Notes: generated from the sequence alone by a model not told the origin. A stretch of DNA of 45,470 nt from Candidatus Methylomirabilales bacterium (GCA_046758505.1 JBHIAH010000016.1:1-45470), one strand, 5' to 3'. Shown: positions 27,074 to 36,696, numbered from the stretch's first letter. Made by a program: numbers and translations.

Positions 27074-27192
27074 AGTGAGAACGGTTTGGGACAACATCCT
27101 TCGTCGGAAGCAAGACCTGCGACCCTTCACACCGGCCCTCTCATGACAGCCGAGCTCGGAAGTGCTCGGGGAATGGGGTTGGGAACACGTTC

Positions 27193-27329
27193 GGCCCCTC
27201 GCTCCGGGCCTCCCGCGGCGACCCTGAGCGGCGGCTTACGGCCTGGGTCCCTCCGTGTTCACGCTCCGTGCAAAGACCATGAGCACGGATCGCGCCTCGG
27301 TTTCCCAGGCCGTCGCCTGCCGAGGGGCC
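27193..27329. repeat. Long imperfect palindrome (REP/MITE-like element or ncRNA)
   Basis: Nested complementary arms GGCCCCTCG/CGAGGGGCC, ACGGCCTGGG/CCCAGGCCGT and TCCGTGC/GCACGGA. Confidence 0.55.
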
Positions 27330-27410
27330 CCGCCGCTCCCGGCATGTCGCTCGGGGCCTCCACGTGCTGCCTAAGAAGAAAATAAATTCCCGAGGAGAAT
27401 GGGCGTCTTC

Positions 27411-27613
27411 GGGAGGGCGAGGGGAGGTGGTCCCGGACCCGGGGGAACCTGGTTTGCGGGCGGCCAGGGGGAGCCTCCCATCGGAACGCAGTGCAGGTGG
27501 GGGATGGCCGTCCTGCTGCAAGAACGAACCGCCCGGCGCGGAAGTACGGGGTTTCGCCACACAGACCCGTGGAATTGTTCCGCCGGGGAAGCCACACTCC
27601 CCGAAGCCCTCCT
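27411..27613. ncRNA. Candidate structured non-coding RNA of about 200 nt
   Basis: Closing stem GGAGGGC..GGGGAG.GTGG.TCCCGG pairing with CCGGGG..CCAC.CTCCCC..GCCCTCC, plus two internal hairpins. Confidence 0.35.
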
Positions 27614-27670
27614 GGGTGCGGGGTGCAGATGCTGACCTGGTACGGGGGAGAAGCGTCCATCGGAAACTCT

Positions 27671-27698
27671 TTGCGGCGCCATCGTGAAATGCTATCAT
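27671..27698 (+). promoter_or_regulatory. Possible extended -10 sigma-70 promoter of the gat operon
   Basis: TTGCGG-16 nt (ending TGc)-TATCAT. Confidence 0.5.
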
Positions 27699-27727
27699 TT
27701 CCATAGCTTCCGTGGGGGGATACGGTG

Positions 27728-28018
27728 ATGAAGATCACGCGCGAAGAAGTAGACCATGTGGCGAGGCTCGCCCGGCTGGGTCTTTCCGACGAGGAGAGTG
27801 AAAGGATGCGGGCCCAGCTGGATGCCATCCTGTCGTACATTGACAAACTCAACGAGCTGGATACGGGCAATGTTACACCGACGTCCCACGTCATTCCCAT
27901 GACGAACGTCTTTCGCCAGGATGTCGTCTGCCCGTCCCTCTCTCAGGCACAAGCCTTGGCGAATGCGCCTGATAGCCAGGAGGCTTTCTTCCGTGTCCCC
28001 CGCATCCTCGAAGAGTGA
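27728..28018 (+). CDS. gatC: Asp/Glu-tRNA amidotransferase subunit C
   Basis: ITREEVDHVARLARL...FFRVPRIL. Confidence 0.97.
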   Translation: MKITREEVDHVARLARLGLSDEESERMRAQLDAILSYIDKLNELDTGNVTPTSHVIPMTNVFRQDVVCPSLSQAQALANAPDSQEAFFRVPRILEE

Positions 28019-28121
28019 GTTGAGAGTTGAGGGTCGAGGGTTGAGATCTCACGGAATTAAGCAGTGGTGCCTTGAGGTAATACGTCTTGTCCGTGAACTC
28101 TGAACTGTGAACCGTGAACGA
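28014..28121. repeat. Opposed heptamer arrays between gatC and gatA
   Basis: TGAGAGT TGAGGGT CGAGGGT ... TGAACTC TGAACTG TGAACCG TGAACGA. Confidence 0.75.
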
Positions 28122-28129
28122 TTACTGCT

Positions 28130-29590
28130 ATGGAACTGTACGAGCTCACCATTCATGACTTGCAGGAGCGGCTCCACCGCCGGGAAGTGACGGCTGGCCA
28201 GGTCCTGAGGTCCTTTCTCAAGCGCATTGCGCAAGAGGAGGGAAAAGTCCGGGCGTACATGGCCGTCACGGGCCGGGAGGCGTTGGGGAGGGCGGCTCGG
28301 CTGGATCGCCGCCGTGTGCGGGGGGAGGACGTCGGTCCATTGGCCGGGATTCCCCTCGCCATCAAGGATGTCATCTGTAGCCGGGGGATCCCGACCACCT
28401 GTTCCTCCAAGATCTTGGAGGGGTTTATTCCGCCCTACGATGCGACAGTGATGAGGCGCCTGTACGACGCCGGTGCGCTTCTGATCGGGAAGACCAACAT
28501 GGACGAGTTTGCCATGGGTTCGTCCACCGAAAATTCGGGTTACCAGGTCACCCGAAATCCCTGGGATCTGAGCCGGGTTCCAGGGGGGTCCAGTGGGGGG
28601 TCGGGGGCAGCGGTGGCAGCGAATCTCTGTGCTGGGGGCCTCGGCTCGGATACCGGGGGCTCGATCCGGCAGCCGGCAGCCTTCTGCGGGATCGTCGGAC
28701 TGAAGCCCACGTACGGGCGCGTCTCCCGATACGGGCTCATCGCCTTCGCATCGTCTTTGGATCAGATCGGGCCCATGACCAAAGATGTCCGCGATGCGGC
28801 GATTCTCTTAGGCGTCGTTGCCGGCCATGATCCCTGCGACACCACCTCGGTGGACGTGCCGGTTCCAGATTACACGGCTCAGTTGGGGCGGGAGATCGCA
28901 GGGCTGAGGATCGGCATTCCGGATGAGTACTTTATCGAGGGGATGGACGCGGAAGTCGAGGCAGCCGTCCGGGACGCGATCAGCGTTTTAGAGTCCCTAG
29001 GGGCCAAGGCGGAGCGCATCTCTCTTCCCCACACCGGGTATGCTGTGGCGACCTACTATCTCGTCGCCACGGCTGAGGCGAGCTCGAACCTGGCGCGGTA
29101 TGATGGAGTGAAGTATGGCGTCCGCGCCCGGGGGGCGAAAGACCTTCTCACCATGTACATGAAGAGCCGGGAGGACGGATTCGGGGCCGAGGTGAAGCGA
29201 CGGATCATGCTGGGAACCTATGCGCTGAGTGCGGGGTACTATGACGCGTACTATCTGAAGGCCCTGAAGGTGCGGACCCTGATCCGGAAAGACTTCGACG
29301 ACGCCTTCAAGCGGTGCGAGGTCATCCTGACCCCGACCGCACCCACGCCGGCCTTCCATCTCGGTGAGAAGACTGGCGATCCCTTAACCATGTATCTTTC
29401 GGACATCTTCACCATCTCCGCCAATCTGGCAGGCATTCCGGGGATCTCGCTGCCCTGTGGTTTTACCCGAGACGGACTACCCATCGGCCTCCAACTTCTC
29501 GGGAGGCCCTTTGATGAGGCGACGGTGCTTCAGGTGGCTTTTGCCTACGAACAGGCCACGGAGTGGCACAGGCGCAACCCCCCGTTGTAA
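28130..29590 (+). CDS. gatA: Asp/Glu-tRNA amidotransferase subunit A
   Basis: [32 protein letters not shown] and EVKRRIMLG. Confidence 0.98.
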   Translation: MELYELTIHDLQERLHRREVTAGQVLRSFLKRIAQEEGKVRAYMAVTGREALGRAARLDRRRVRGEDVGPLAGIPLAIKDVICSRGIPTTCSSKILEGFIPPYDATVMRRLYDAGALLIGKTNMDEFAMGSSTENSGYQVTRNPWDLSRVPGGSSGGSGAAVAANLCAGGLGSDTGGSIRQPAAFCGIVGLKPTYGRVSRYGLIAFASSLDQIGPMTKDVRDAAILLGVVAGHDPCDTTSVDVPVPDYTAQLGREIAGLRIGIPDEYFIEGMDAEVEAAVRDAISVLESLGAKAERISLPHTGYAVATYYLVATAEASSNLARYDGVKYGVRARGAKDLLTMYMKSREDGFGAEVKRRIMLGTYALSAGYYDAYYLKALKVRTLIRKDFDDAFKRCEVILTPTAPTPAFHLGEKTGDPLTMYLSDIFTISANLAGIPGISLPCGFTRDGLPIGLQLLGRPFDEATVLQVAFAYEQATEWHRRNPPL

Positions 29591-29684
29591 GGGTTCAGGG
29601 TTCATAGTTCAGGGCCTATAAGGAGATGTGGACTGAGGAGAGTGAGGGGTGGTCCCTCAACCATGAACTATGAACCATGAACCA
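29591..29684. repeat. Opposed heptamer arrays after gatA
   Basis: GGGTTCA GGGTTCA TAGTTCA ... TCAACCA TGAACTA TGAACCA TGAACCA. Confidence 0.8.
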
Positions 29685-29693
29685 GGGTAGAGA

Positions 29694-30137
29694 ATGCTGT
29701 ACTTCGCGTATGGCGCCAATATGGAGAGGTTCTGGTTCAAGAAGCGTTGCCCGGGGGCGAAGTTCGTCTCGACGGCCGCGCTTCGGGACTACGACATTAC
29801 CTTTGTCGGACGTTCCCCGATGTGGGGTAGCGGGACGGCTGATCTGAAGCCTACGCCAGGGGGCGTCGTGGAGGGCGTCCTCTGGGAGGTCGGCGAGCAG
29901 GACCTGAAAGCCCTGGACCGGTATGAGGGGGTCCCCAAGGACTATATCCGGAAGACAGTGACGGTGGAGTCCAAGGGGAAGAACAGCGTACAGGCGTCCG
30001 TTTATTTCGTGGCCCAACCTGGGAGCTATCGGCCGCCTTCGAGGCGCTATATGCGCCTCCTCCTCCAGGGTGCCGAAGAGCACGGTCTTTCGGATGAGTA
30101 TGTCATGCGGCTCGAAGCAATCAAGACGTCTGGTTGA
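29694..30137 (+). CDS. Gamma-glutamylcyclotransferase (AIG2-like) family protein
   Basis: YFAYGAN, VEGVLW, LDRYEG (catalytic Glu), PSRRY and GAEEHGL. Confidence 0.88.
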   Translation: MLYFAYGANMERFWFKKRCPGAKFVSTAALRDYDITFVGRSPMWGSGTADLKPTPGGVVEGVLWEVGEQDLKALDRYEGVPKDYIRKTVTVESKGKNSVQASVYFVAQPGSYRPPSRRYMRLLLQGAEEHGLSDEYVMRLEAIKTSG

Positions 30138-30140
30138 ATG

Positions 30141-30368
30141 CCGATGACCGACGACCGTGGATAGCAGCAGTCAGCGATCAGCCGTCAGCAAAGTCAAAGC
30201 TATCACGGGTCAGTGGTCCGCAGTCACCCCCAGATCCTGAAGCTGACAGGCGATTGCGGACAGCAGACTGCTGACGGCTGGCTGCCGATCATTGGCTGTA
30301 AGCCCTGAACTATGAACTATGAACTATGAACTATGAACCGTGAACCATCAACCGTGAACCCTGAACCG
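30141..30368. repeat. Heptamer arrays before and within the gatB start
   Basis: TCAGCnn array 30164-30191; complementary GCTGAnn array 30242-30290; nine T(G/C)AACYn units 30306-30368. Confidence 0.85.
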
Positions 30369-31808
30369 GCATACGAGGCGGTGATCGGGCTGGAGGTCCA
30401 TGCCCAACTGTTCACCGAATCGAAGATCTTCTGCGGGTGTAGCACCCGGTTCGGGGAAGCACCCAACTCGCAGACCTGCCCCGTCTGTCTGGGCATGCCG
30501 GGGGTCTTGCCGGTTCTCAATCAGAAGGTGGTGGAGTACGCGATTCGGACTGCACTCGCGGTTCACGGCACAATCGCCCCCCACTGCCGCTTCGCCCGGA
30601 AGAACTATTTTTACCCCGATCTGCCCAAGGCCTATCAAATCTCGCAGTACGAACTCCCCCTGGCCACTGGTGGCTTTGTGGAGATCAGTGACCATGGGGG
30701 GGGCAGACGGGTCAGGATCCGGCGGGTCCATCTGGAGGAGGACGCGGGAAAGCTTCTCCACGCCGGAACCATGGACCAGGCGGACTACAGCCTGGTCGAT
30801 TTCAACCGGTGTGGAGTACCGTTGATCGAGATGGTGACGGAACCGGATCTGCGCACGCCGGAGGACGCGGCGGAATTTCTGAAACTGTTCCGGACGACCC
30901 TTCAGTATCTCGGCGTCTCCCAAGGGAACATGGAAGAGGGGAATCTTCGCTGCGACGCCAATGTCTCGGTCCGTCCGGTGGGGACCTCGGACTTCGGGGT
31001 CAAGACCGAGGTCAAGAACATGAACTCCTTCAGGAACGTCCAGCGGGCGTTGGAGCATGAGATCCAGCGGCAGATCGCGCTGCTGCAATCCGGTCAGCCG
31101 ATCGTCCAGGAAACACGCCTCTGGGATGCCGAGCAGGGGGTCACCCTCCCCATGCGGGGGAAAGAGGAGGCCCACGACTATCGCTATTTCCCCGAACCGG
31201 ATTTGGTCCCGCTGGAGGTTTCTCCTGCCTGGGTTGAAGAGATTGCCGGGGCTCTCCCAGAGCTTCCCGCGGAGCGGCGGCAGCGCTTCGTGCAGGCGTA
31301 TGGGCTGCCGGAGTATGATGCGGCCGTGCTCACCGCCAGCAAAGCCCTGGCCGAGTATTTTGAAGAATGTACCCAGCTTCACCGGGACACCAAGATGGTG
31401 AGCAACTGGGTCATGTCCGAGCTCTTGGGATATCTCAATCGGGAGGGGAAACAGATCACCGAAAGTCCCGTCACGCCAGCCCAATTAGCCGCATTGCTGA
31501 AGCTGATCCAAGAGGGGGTCATCAGCGGAAAGATCGCCAAGACGGTCTTCGAGGAGATGTGTCGGACCGGAAAGGACCCTGAAAAGATCGTCCAAGAGAA
31601 GGGGCTGGTTCAGATTTCCGACCGGGAAGAGCTCGGTCGGATCGTGGATCAGGTGCTGGCCCAGAATCCCGGCCCCGTCTCCGACTTCAGGGGGGGAAAA
31701 GAAAAGGCCCTGACGGCACTGGTCGGAGCGGTCATGCGTGTGACCAAAGGGAAGGCCAATCCGCAACTCATCAACGATCTGCTTCGAGAGAGGCTCGCGG
31801 GGGAGTAA
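30333..31808 (+). CDS. gatB: Asp/Glu-tRNA amidotransferase subunit B
   Basis: [35 protein letters not shown] and [10 protein letters not shown]. Confidence 0.98.
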   Translation: MNREPSTVNPEPAYEAVIGLEVHAQLFTESKIFCGCSTRFGEAPNSQTCPVCLGMPGVLPVLNQKVVEYAIRTALAVHGTIAPHCRFARKNYFYPDLPKAYQISQYELPLATGGFVEISDHGGGRRVRIRRVHLEEDAGKLLHAGTMDQADYSLVDFNRCGVPLIEMVTEPDLRTPEDAAEFLKLFRTTLQYLGVSQGNMEEGNLRCDANVSVRPVGTSDFGVKTEVKNMNSFRNVQRALEHEIQRQIALLQSGQPIVQETRLWDAEQGVTLPMRGKEEAHDYRYFPEPDLVPLEVSPAWVEEIAGALPELPAERRQRFVQAYGLPEYDAAVLTASKALAEYFEECTQLHRDTKMVSNWVMSELLGYLNREGKQITESPVTPAQLAALLKLIQEGVISGKIAKTVFEEMCRTGKDPEKIVQEKGLVQISDREELGRIVDQVLAQNPGPVSDFRGGKEKALTALVGAVMRVTKGKANPQLINDLLRERLAGE

Positions 31809-31911
31809 CCACCCTCAGGGGAGACGTGCAAAGGGTTCTGGCAGTCTTAAGCGCCGCCGATGCTGTCGGGCACCGGCATTGGCGTTGCCCTGAGAAATAG
31901 AGGAACATACG

Positions 31912-32961
31912 ATGCGCATTGCCTTGATTACCCCTGCCTATTACCCCTCTGTCCGCGGCAACGCAATCACGGTGCAGCGGATCGCGTCGGGGCTCCGGGA
32001 GCACGGGCATCAGCTAGAAATCTACTCGCTGGAGGCGTATCAGGACCGGCGGGAAATCCCCGCGGCCATCCGAGCCTTTGGCCCCGATCTCCTCCACGGC
32101 TTTCACGCCTTCGTGACCGGGGACCTTGTCGTGTCGGAGGGGAGGCAGGCCGGTGTCCCGGCCTTGGTGACCATCACCGGTACAGATGTCAACATCGATC
32201 TGTTTCACCCCAAGCGGCGCGGGAGCGTGGTAGAGATCCTGAAGCGGATGCAGGGCGTTGTGGCGTTTCACCAGAGCATTCGTGACAAGCTCGTCGCGGA
32301 GGTCCCTGAGCTGGATGGGAAGATCCGAGTCATCCGGCAGACCGTTACCTGCGAGGAGAGGTCCGGCGATTATCGGGCCCAATGGGGGTTCGGTCCTCGC
32401 CATATCCTCTTCTTCTTTGCGGCCGGGATCCGGAAGGTCAAGAATCTCCCCTTCTCGTTCCCCGCCCTCGTGCGCCTTCACGCTCGCCACCCGGAGCTTC
32501 GTGTCCTCTATGCGGGCCCCATTTTGGAAGAAGAGGAGGGAAGGCACTTTCTCAGTCTCCTTGCCGGTAACGCATGGGCCCGTTATCTCGGTGAGGTTCC
32601 CCATGAAGAAATCTGCGGCATGCTGCAGGAGGTGGACGTGGTGGTGAACTCCTCCCTGTCAGAGGGGGGGATGTCCAATGCCCTCCTCGAGGCCATGAGC
32701 CGCGGCGTGGTGGTCCTCGCCTCGGATATCGAGGGGAACCGATCCATCATCGTAAACGAAGTGGATGGTCTCCTCTTCACCGCGGAAGAGGACTTTGAAC
32801 GGAAGGCGGAACGGCTGATTCTCGATTCCGACCTGCGTCACCGCCTGGGCGGTAAGGCAAAAGCCAAGATCGAAAAAGAGTACTCCGGGGTGCAGGAGAT
32901 TGAGGCCTACGAGGGGTTCTACCGAGACCTGCTCGGGGCGGGGATGACCGGTGACAGGTGA
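31912..32961 (+). CDS. GT-B/GT4 glycosyltransferase, SenB (selenosugar synthase)/GLT1D1-like
   Basis: GNxxTxxR, FHA, TGTD, IRKVK, SEGG...EAM and ASDIEGN motifs. Confidence 0.8.
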   Translation: MRIALITPAYYPSVRGNAITVQRIASGLREHGHQLEIYSLEAYQDRREIPAAIRAFGPDLLHGFHAFVTGDLVVSEGRQAGVPALVTITGTDVNIDLFHPKRRGSVVEILKRMQGVVAFHQSIRDKLVAEVPELDGKIRVIRQTVTCEERSGDYRAQWGFGPRHILFFFAAGIRKVKNLPFSFPALVRLHARHPELRVLYAGPILEEEEGRHFLSLLAGNAWARYLGEVPHEEICGMLQEVDVVVNSSLSEGGMSNALLEAMSRGVVVLASDIEGNRSIIVNEVDGLLFTAEEDFERKAERLILDSDLRHRLGGKAKAKIEKEYSGVQEIEAYEGFYRDLLGAGMTGDR

Positions 32962-33018
32962 CGGGTTTCTGGAAGAAGACTATCCCTTCGGCTGCGGACC
33001 GCGAGCCGGGATGATCCC

Positions 33019-33933
33019 ATGGATATTCGCGCCCTAGAGGTCTTTTGCTGGATCGTGGAGCTGAAAAGCTTCTCCAAGGCGGCCGAGGCGGTCTATCTGA
33101 CCCAACCAACGGTCAGCGGCCACATCAAGGGTCTCGAAGAGTTTGTGGGCCTGAAGCTCCTGGACCGGCTCGGCCGGGAGGTGGTCCCGACGAAGGCGGG
33201 CGAGCTCTTGTATGGGTACGCAAGGCAGGTGCTTGCCCTGAGGAGCCAGGCCATCCAAGCCCTGGAGGAGTACAAGGGGTCCCTGAAAGGACAGCTGGTC
33301 ATTGGTGGCAGTAATATTCCCGGTGAGTACGTCCTGCCGGCGCTGCTGGCCCGGTTCAAAACCCGGTACCCGGATGTTTCCATCTCCCTTAAGATCGCCG
33401 ACTCGCGGCAGGTCGCCCGGGGGGTCCTGGAGGGGGCGTATGAGCTCGGGGCGGTGGGGGCCAAGTTCGACGATGGTCAGTTGGTCTACTTGAAGCTCTG
33501 GGAAGATGAACTTGTTCTCGCCCTGCCGGCCGACCACGCGTGGGCCAACAGGCGTGCCGTTGCCATCGGGGATCTGTCCGGCCAGCCGCTTATCTTGCGG
33601 GAGGTGGGATCCGGTTCGAGAAAGGTCCTCGAGGACGCCCTCCGCGTCGCCGGCATAAGCGCTGGAGCCCTCACGGTGGTAGCAGAGCTGGGGAGCACCG
33701 AGGCAATCCGTCAAGCGCTAAAGAGCGGAGCCGGAATATCCGTGATATCCCTCCGAGCGATCCAGGAGGACCTGGACCGGGGAACGCTCCGCACGGTACC
33801 CCTCGAGGGCGTGAGGCTCACCAGGGACTTCTATCTCATCTATCACAAGAACCGCTCCAGGTCTCCCCTCTCCGAGACGTTCGTCACCTTCCTGCTCCAA
33901 TCGGTAGGAACCGAGCCTCACGTGGGCTCCTAA
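33019..33933 (+). CDS. LysR-family regulator (CysL-like, selenium-metabolism-associated type)
   Basis: HTH SFSKAAEAVYLTQPTVSGHI; GSNIPGEYVLP, REVGSGSR and GSTEAI. Confidence 0.9.
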   Translation: MDIRALEVFCWIVELKSFSKAAEAVYLTQPTVSGHIKGLEEFVGLKLLDRLGREVVPTKAGELLYGYARQVLALRSQAIQALEEYKGSLKGQLVIGGSNIPGEYVLPALLARFKTRYPDVSISLKIADSRQVARGVLEGAYELGAVGAKFDDGQLVYLKLWEDELVLALPADHAWANRRAVAIGDLSGQPLILREVGSGSRKVLEDALRVAGISAGALTVVAELGSTEAIRQALKSGAGISVISLRAIQEDLDRGTLRTVPLEGVRLTRDFYLIYHKNRSRSPLSETFVTFLLQSVGTEPHVGS

Positions 33934-34036
33934 GGCTCGTCACGGATGTCCCCCTCCCTTCTTATGGCCTGACTCTATATCGTAAATCCCGATTAACAAC
34001 ATAGGTATTTCATTGTCGATGTGCCCAAATGTATTG

Positions 34037-34077
34037 CTATTACCAATTTGACTTATTCTAATTAGTAATAGGATAAT
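34037..34077 (+). promoter_or_regulatory. AT-rich promoter with an overlapping palindromic operator
   Basis: CTATTACCAATT-11 nt-AATTAGTAATAG (11/12 complementary) overlapping TTGACT-18 nt-GATAAT. Confidence 0.7.
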
Positions 34078-34138
34078 CCCGTCATTACTTCGTCCGTAGG
34101 GCATTCACTGCGGTTGCGTATAACCGGAGGTCCGGCAG

Positions 34139-35008
34139 ATGTGGGTGGTACGGAAATCGCTGGTGGCAGGGTTTCTGGTCGGGGTGGGGTTGCTTGCGCG
34201 GGCGCACGCCGAGGTGCCGGAGGTCTTGCGGGTCTCGGCCATCCCCGATGAAAACCCCCAGGAGCTCCTGCGCATCTACGAGCCCTTCGCCGCTTATCTA
34301 AGCAAGGAGTTGGGCATGCCGGTAAGGTTTGTTCCCGTCATCGATTACGCGGCGACGGTAGAGGGGCTGGCCGCCAAGCGGCTGGACCTGGTCTGGTACG
34401 GTGGCTTCACCTCGGTCCAGGCGGTGCGCCGGACGGGGGGCCATGCGACCCGCCTCGTGATGCGGAAAGAAGATGCGGCGTTCAAGAGCGTCTTCATCAC
34501 CCGCCGCGATAGCGGCATCACCACGCTGGGCGATCTCAAGGGAAAGACCTTCTCCTTCGGCAGCGTCTCGTCGACCTCGGGTCACCTCATGCCCCGATAT
34601 TTCTTGCTGAGGCACGGGATCAACCCGGACCGGGACTTCGCCCAGAAGCCTGCCTTCAGCGGGGCTCATGATGCGACGGCCCTGTGGGTGGAGGGGGGGA
34701 AGGTGGACGCGGGTGCATTGAACTTCCTGGTCTGGGAAAAGCTCGTCCAGAATCGCAAGGTGGACACCGGCAAGGTGAAGGTCTTTTGGACCACGCCGCC
34801 CTACGTCGACTACGTCTGGACCGCTCGGAGCGAGCTCGACCCCGATCTCCGGGATCGCATCACGGCTGCCTTCTTGCAGCTCGACTACAACAATCCGAAG
34901 GATCGGGCGCTCCTGGATCTCCACCGGACGAAGGGCTACGTTCCCGCCAAGGACGAGGACTGGAAGGGGATCGAGCGGGCTGCCAGGGCCGCGGGTCTCC
35001 TCGAGTAG
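34139..35008 (+). CDS. PhnD-family ABC substrate-binding protein (putative selenate-type clade)
   Basis: Signal peptide; SAIPDE, DLVWYGGFT, SSTSGHLMPR, SGAHDAT and TPPYVDYVW. Confidence 0.88.
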   Translation: MWVVRKSLVAGFLVGVGLLARAHAEVPEVLRVSAIPDENPQELLRIYEPFAAYLSKELGMPVRFVPVIDYAATVEGLAAKRLDLVWYGGFTSVQAVRRTGGHATRLVMRKEDAAFKSVFITRRDSGITTLGDLKGKTFSFGSVSSTSGHLMPRYFLLRHGINPDRDFAQKPAFSGAHDATALWVEGGKVDAGALNFLVWEKLVQNRKVDTGKVKVFWTTPPYVDYVWTARSELDPDLRDRITAAFLQLDYNNPKDRALLDLHRTKGYVPAKDEDWKGIERAARAAGLLE

Positions 35009-35051
35009 TTTCATTCCGGGAGAGGGACGCCGGGAAAGATCACCACGCGCT

Positions 35052-35873
35052 ATGTATCGTTTGGAGCACATTCGCAAAACATTCAACGGCCACCTGGTTG
35101 CGGTCGATGGTGTGTCGTTAAAGGTGGCGCCCGGCGAGCAGGTTGCCATCATCGGCCCGTCGGGCGCGGGGAAGACGACGTTGTTCCGGCTCTTGAACCT
35201 GACCCTGCGGCCGGACGGGGGTCGGCTCTTCTTGGGGGACCTCGACGTGGGCGGACTCACCGGACCCCCCCTGCGGGCGGCCCGACGGCGTATTGGGACG
35301 ATCTATCAACAGCACAACCTGGTACCGCGCCTGTCGGTCGTGCATAACGTGCTGGCCGGCCGGCTCGGCACCTGGTCTGGATGGCAGGCGGTCTGGTCGC
35401 TGTTCCGCCCCCAGGAACTTAACGCCGCCCACGAGGCCCTCACCCAGGTCGGCATTCCCGAAAAGCTCTATGCGAGGACGGATGAGCTCTCCGGCGGGCA
35501 GCAACAGCGGGTGGCGATTGCGCGGGTGCTGGTCCAAAAGCCGGAGGTCATCCTCGCCGACGAGCCAGTCGCCTCGGTAGATCCTGGTTTGGCCCATTCG
35601 ATTGTGAAGCTCCTGGTGCACATCAGCCAGGCCTCCGGGAAGACCCTGCTCATGAACCTGCACAGCGTCGAGCTGGCCCTGACGTATTTCTCGCGGGTCG
35701 TCGGATTTCGGGAAGGACGCGTCCAGTTTGACCGGCCTCCCGTCGAGCTGACCGAAGACCTGTTGGCACGGCTCTACGCCGGAATCACCCCCCCCGATGC
35801 TCCAGAGGTAGGATCGGATCCGCATCATGACTCCCCCCTCACATCCTGCGGCCCCCTCCCTCCGGGAACGTAA
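35052..35873 (+). CDS. PhnC-like ABC ATPase
   Basis: GPSGAGKT, LSGGQQQRVAIAR and ADEPVASVDP. Confidence 0.93.
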   Translation: MYRLEHIRKTFNGHLVAVDGVSLKVAPGEQVAIIGPSGAGKTTLFRLLNLTLRPDGGRLFLGDLDVGGLTGPPLRAARRRIGTIYQQHNLVPRLSVVHNVLAGRLGTWSGWQAVWSLFRPQELNAAHEALTQVGIPEKLYARTDELSGGQQQRVAIARVLVQKPEVILADEPVASVDPGLAHSIVKLLVHISQASGKTLLMNLHSVELALTYFSRVVGFREGRVQFDRPPVELTEDLLARLYAGITPPDAPEVGSDPHHDSPLTSCGPLPPGT

Positions 35874-36696
35874 GCGCGTCCACTCCTGGCTGTTTGTGGC
35901 CGGGCTGGTCGTGGTGTTCCTGGGGAGCGCCCGGGTGGCACAGGTGGATCTGGGCACCCTCCTGGGCCGCGAGGCGCGGGCGAATTTTTTCCGGTTCTTT
36001 GCCGGGGCCTTTCCTCCGGACGTCAGCCCTGCTTTCCTTCGGTTCTTGATCAAGCCGACCCTGGAGACGATTCAGATTTCCATCATCGGCACCGTGATCG
36101 CCGTGTGTATCGGATTCCCTCTCGGCCTGCTGGGGACCGCGACGCTGGCCTACCGCGGTATCCTCCACGACCGGGAAGTGGCCGGCATACCGTCCCGCTG
36201 GGTCGTTCGATTTCTCCCCTATGCCACCGCCCGGGCCCTGCTGAGCCTGTTCCGGAGCATTCCGGAGTTTGTCTGGGCGCTCATGTTCGTGAAGGCAGTG
36301 GGACTGGGTCCCTTCCCCGGAGTCTTGGCGATCGGCTTCGCGTATGGGGGGATGATCGGCAAGGTCTACTCGGAAATCTTGGAGGTCGTGGACCCACAGC
36401 CGATCGAGGCACTCCAGGCGACGGGGGCCGGCCGCTGGCAGATCCTCGCGTACGGCTTCCTCCCGCAGGCCTATCCCAACTTCGTCTCCTACACCCTCTA
36501 CCGCTGGGAGTGTGCCATCCGCGCTTCGGCCGTCCTGGGCCTGGTAGGGGCCGGCGGGCTGGGCCAGCAGATCGAGATCTCCATGCGGATGTTCGATTTT
36601 CACCAGGTCTTCACCCTGGTCGTCATCCTGTTTGCGCTGGTCGCGAGCGTCGACTGGTTGAGCGCGCGCGTCCGGCAGCGTGTGTTCGCGAGGTAG
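35827..36696 (+). CDS. PhnE-like ABC permease 1
   Basis: RSIPEFVWA, GLGPFPG, EALQATGA and LGLVGAGGLG. Confidence 0.93.
   Translation: MTPPSHPAAPSLRERKRVHSWLFVAGLVVVFLGSARVAQVDLGTLLGREARANFFRFFAGAFPPDVSPAFLRFLIKPTLETIQISIIGTVIAVCIGFPLGLLGTATLAYRGILHDREVAGIPSRWVVRFLPYATARALLSLFRSIPEFVWALMFVKAVGLGPFPGVLAIGFAYGGMIGKVYSEILEVVDPQPIEALQATGAGRWQILAYGFLPQAYPNFVSYTLYRWECAIRASAVLGLVGAGGLGQQIEISMRMFDFHQVFTLVVILFALVASVDWLSARVRQRVFAR

Noticed and set aside
27074..27727. T-box or c-di-AMP/c-di-GMP riboswitch upstream of gatC
   Set aside because: No T-box or GEMM/ydaO consensus, and the structure lies upstream of the predicted promoter.
30306..30368. Possible CRISPR array
   Set aside because: 7-nt tandem units with no spacers and no cas genes.
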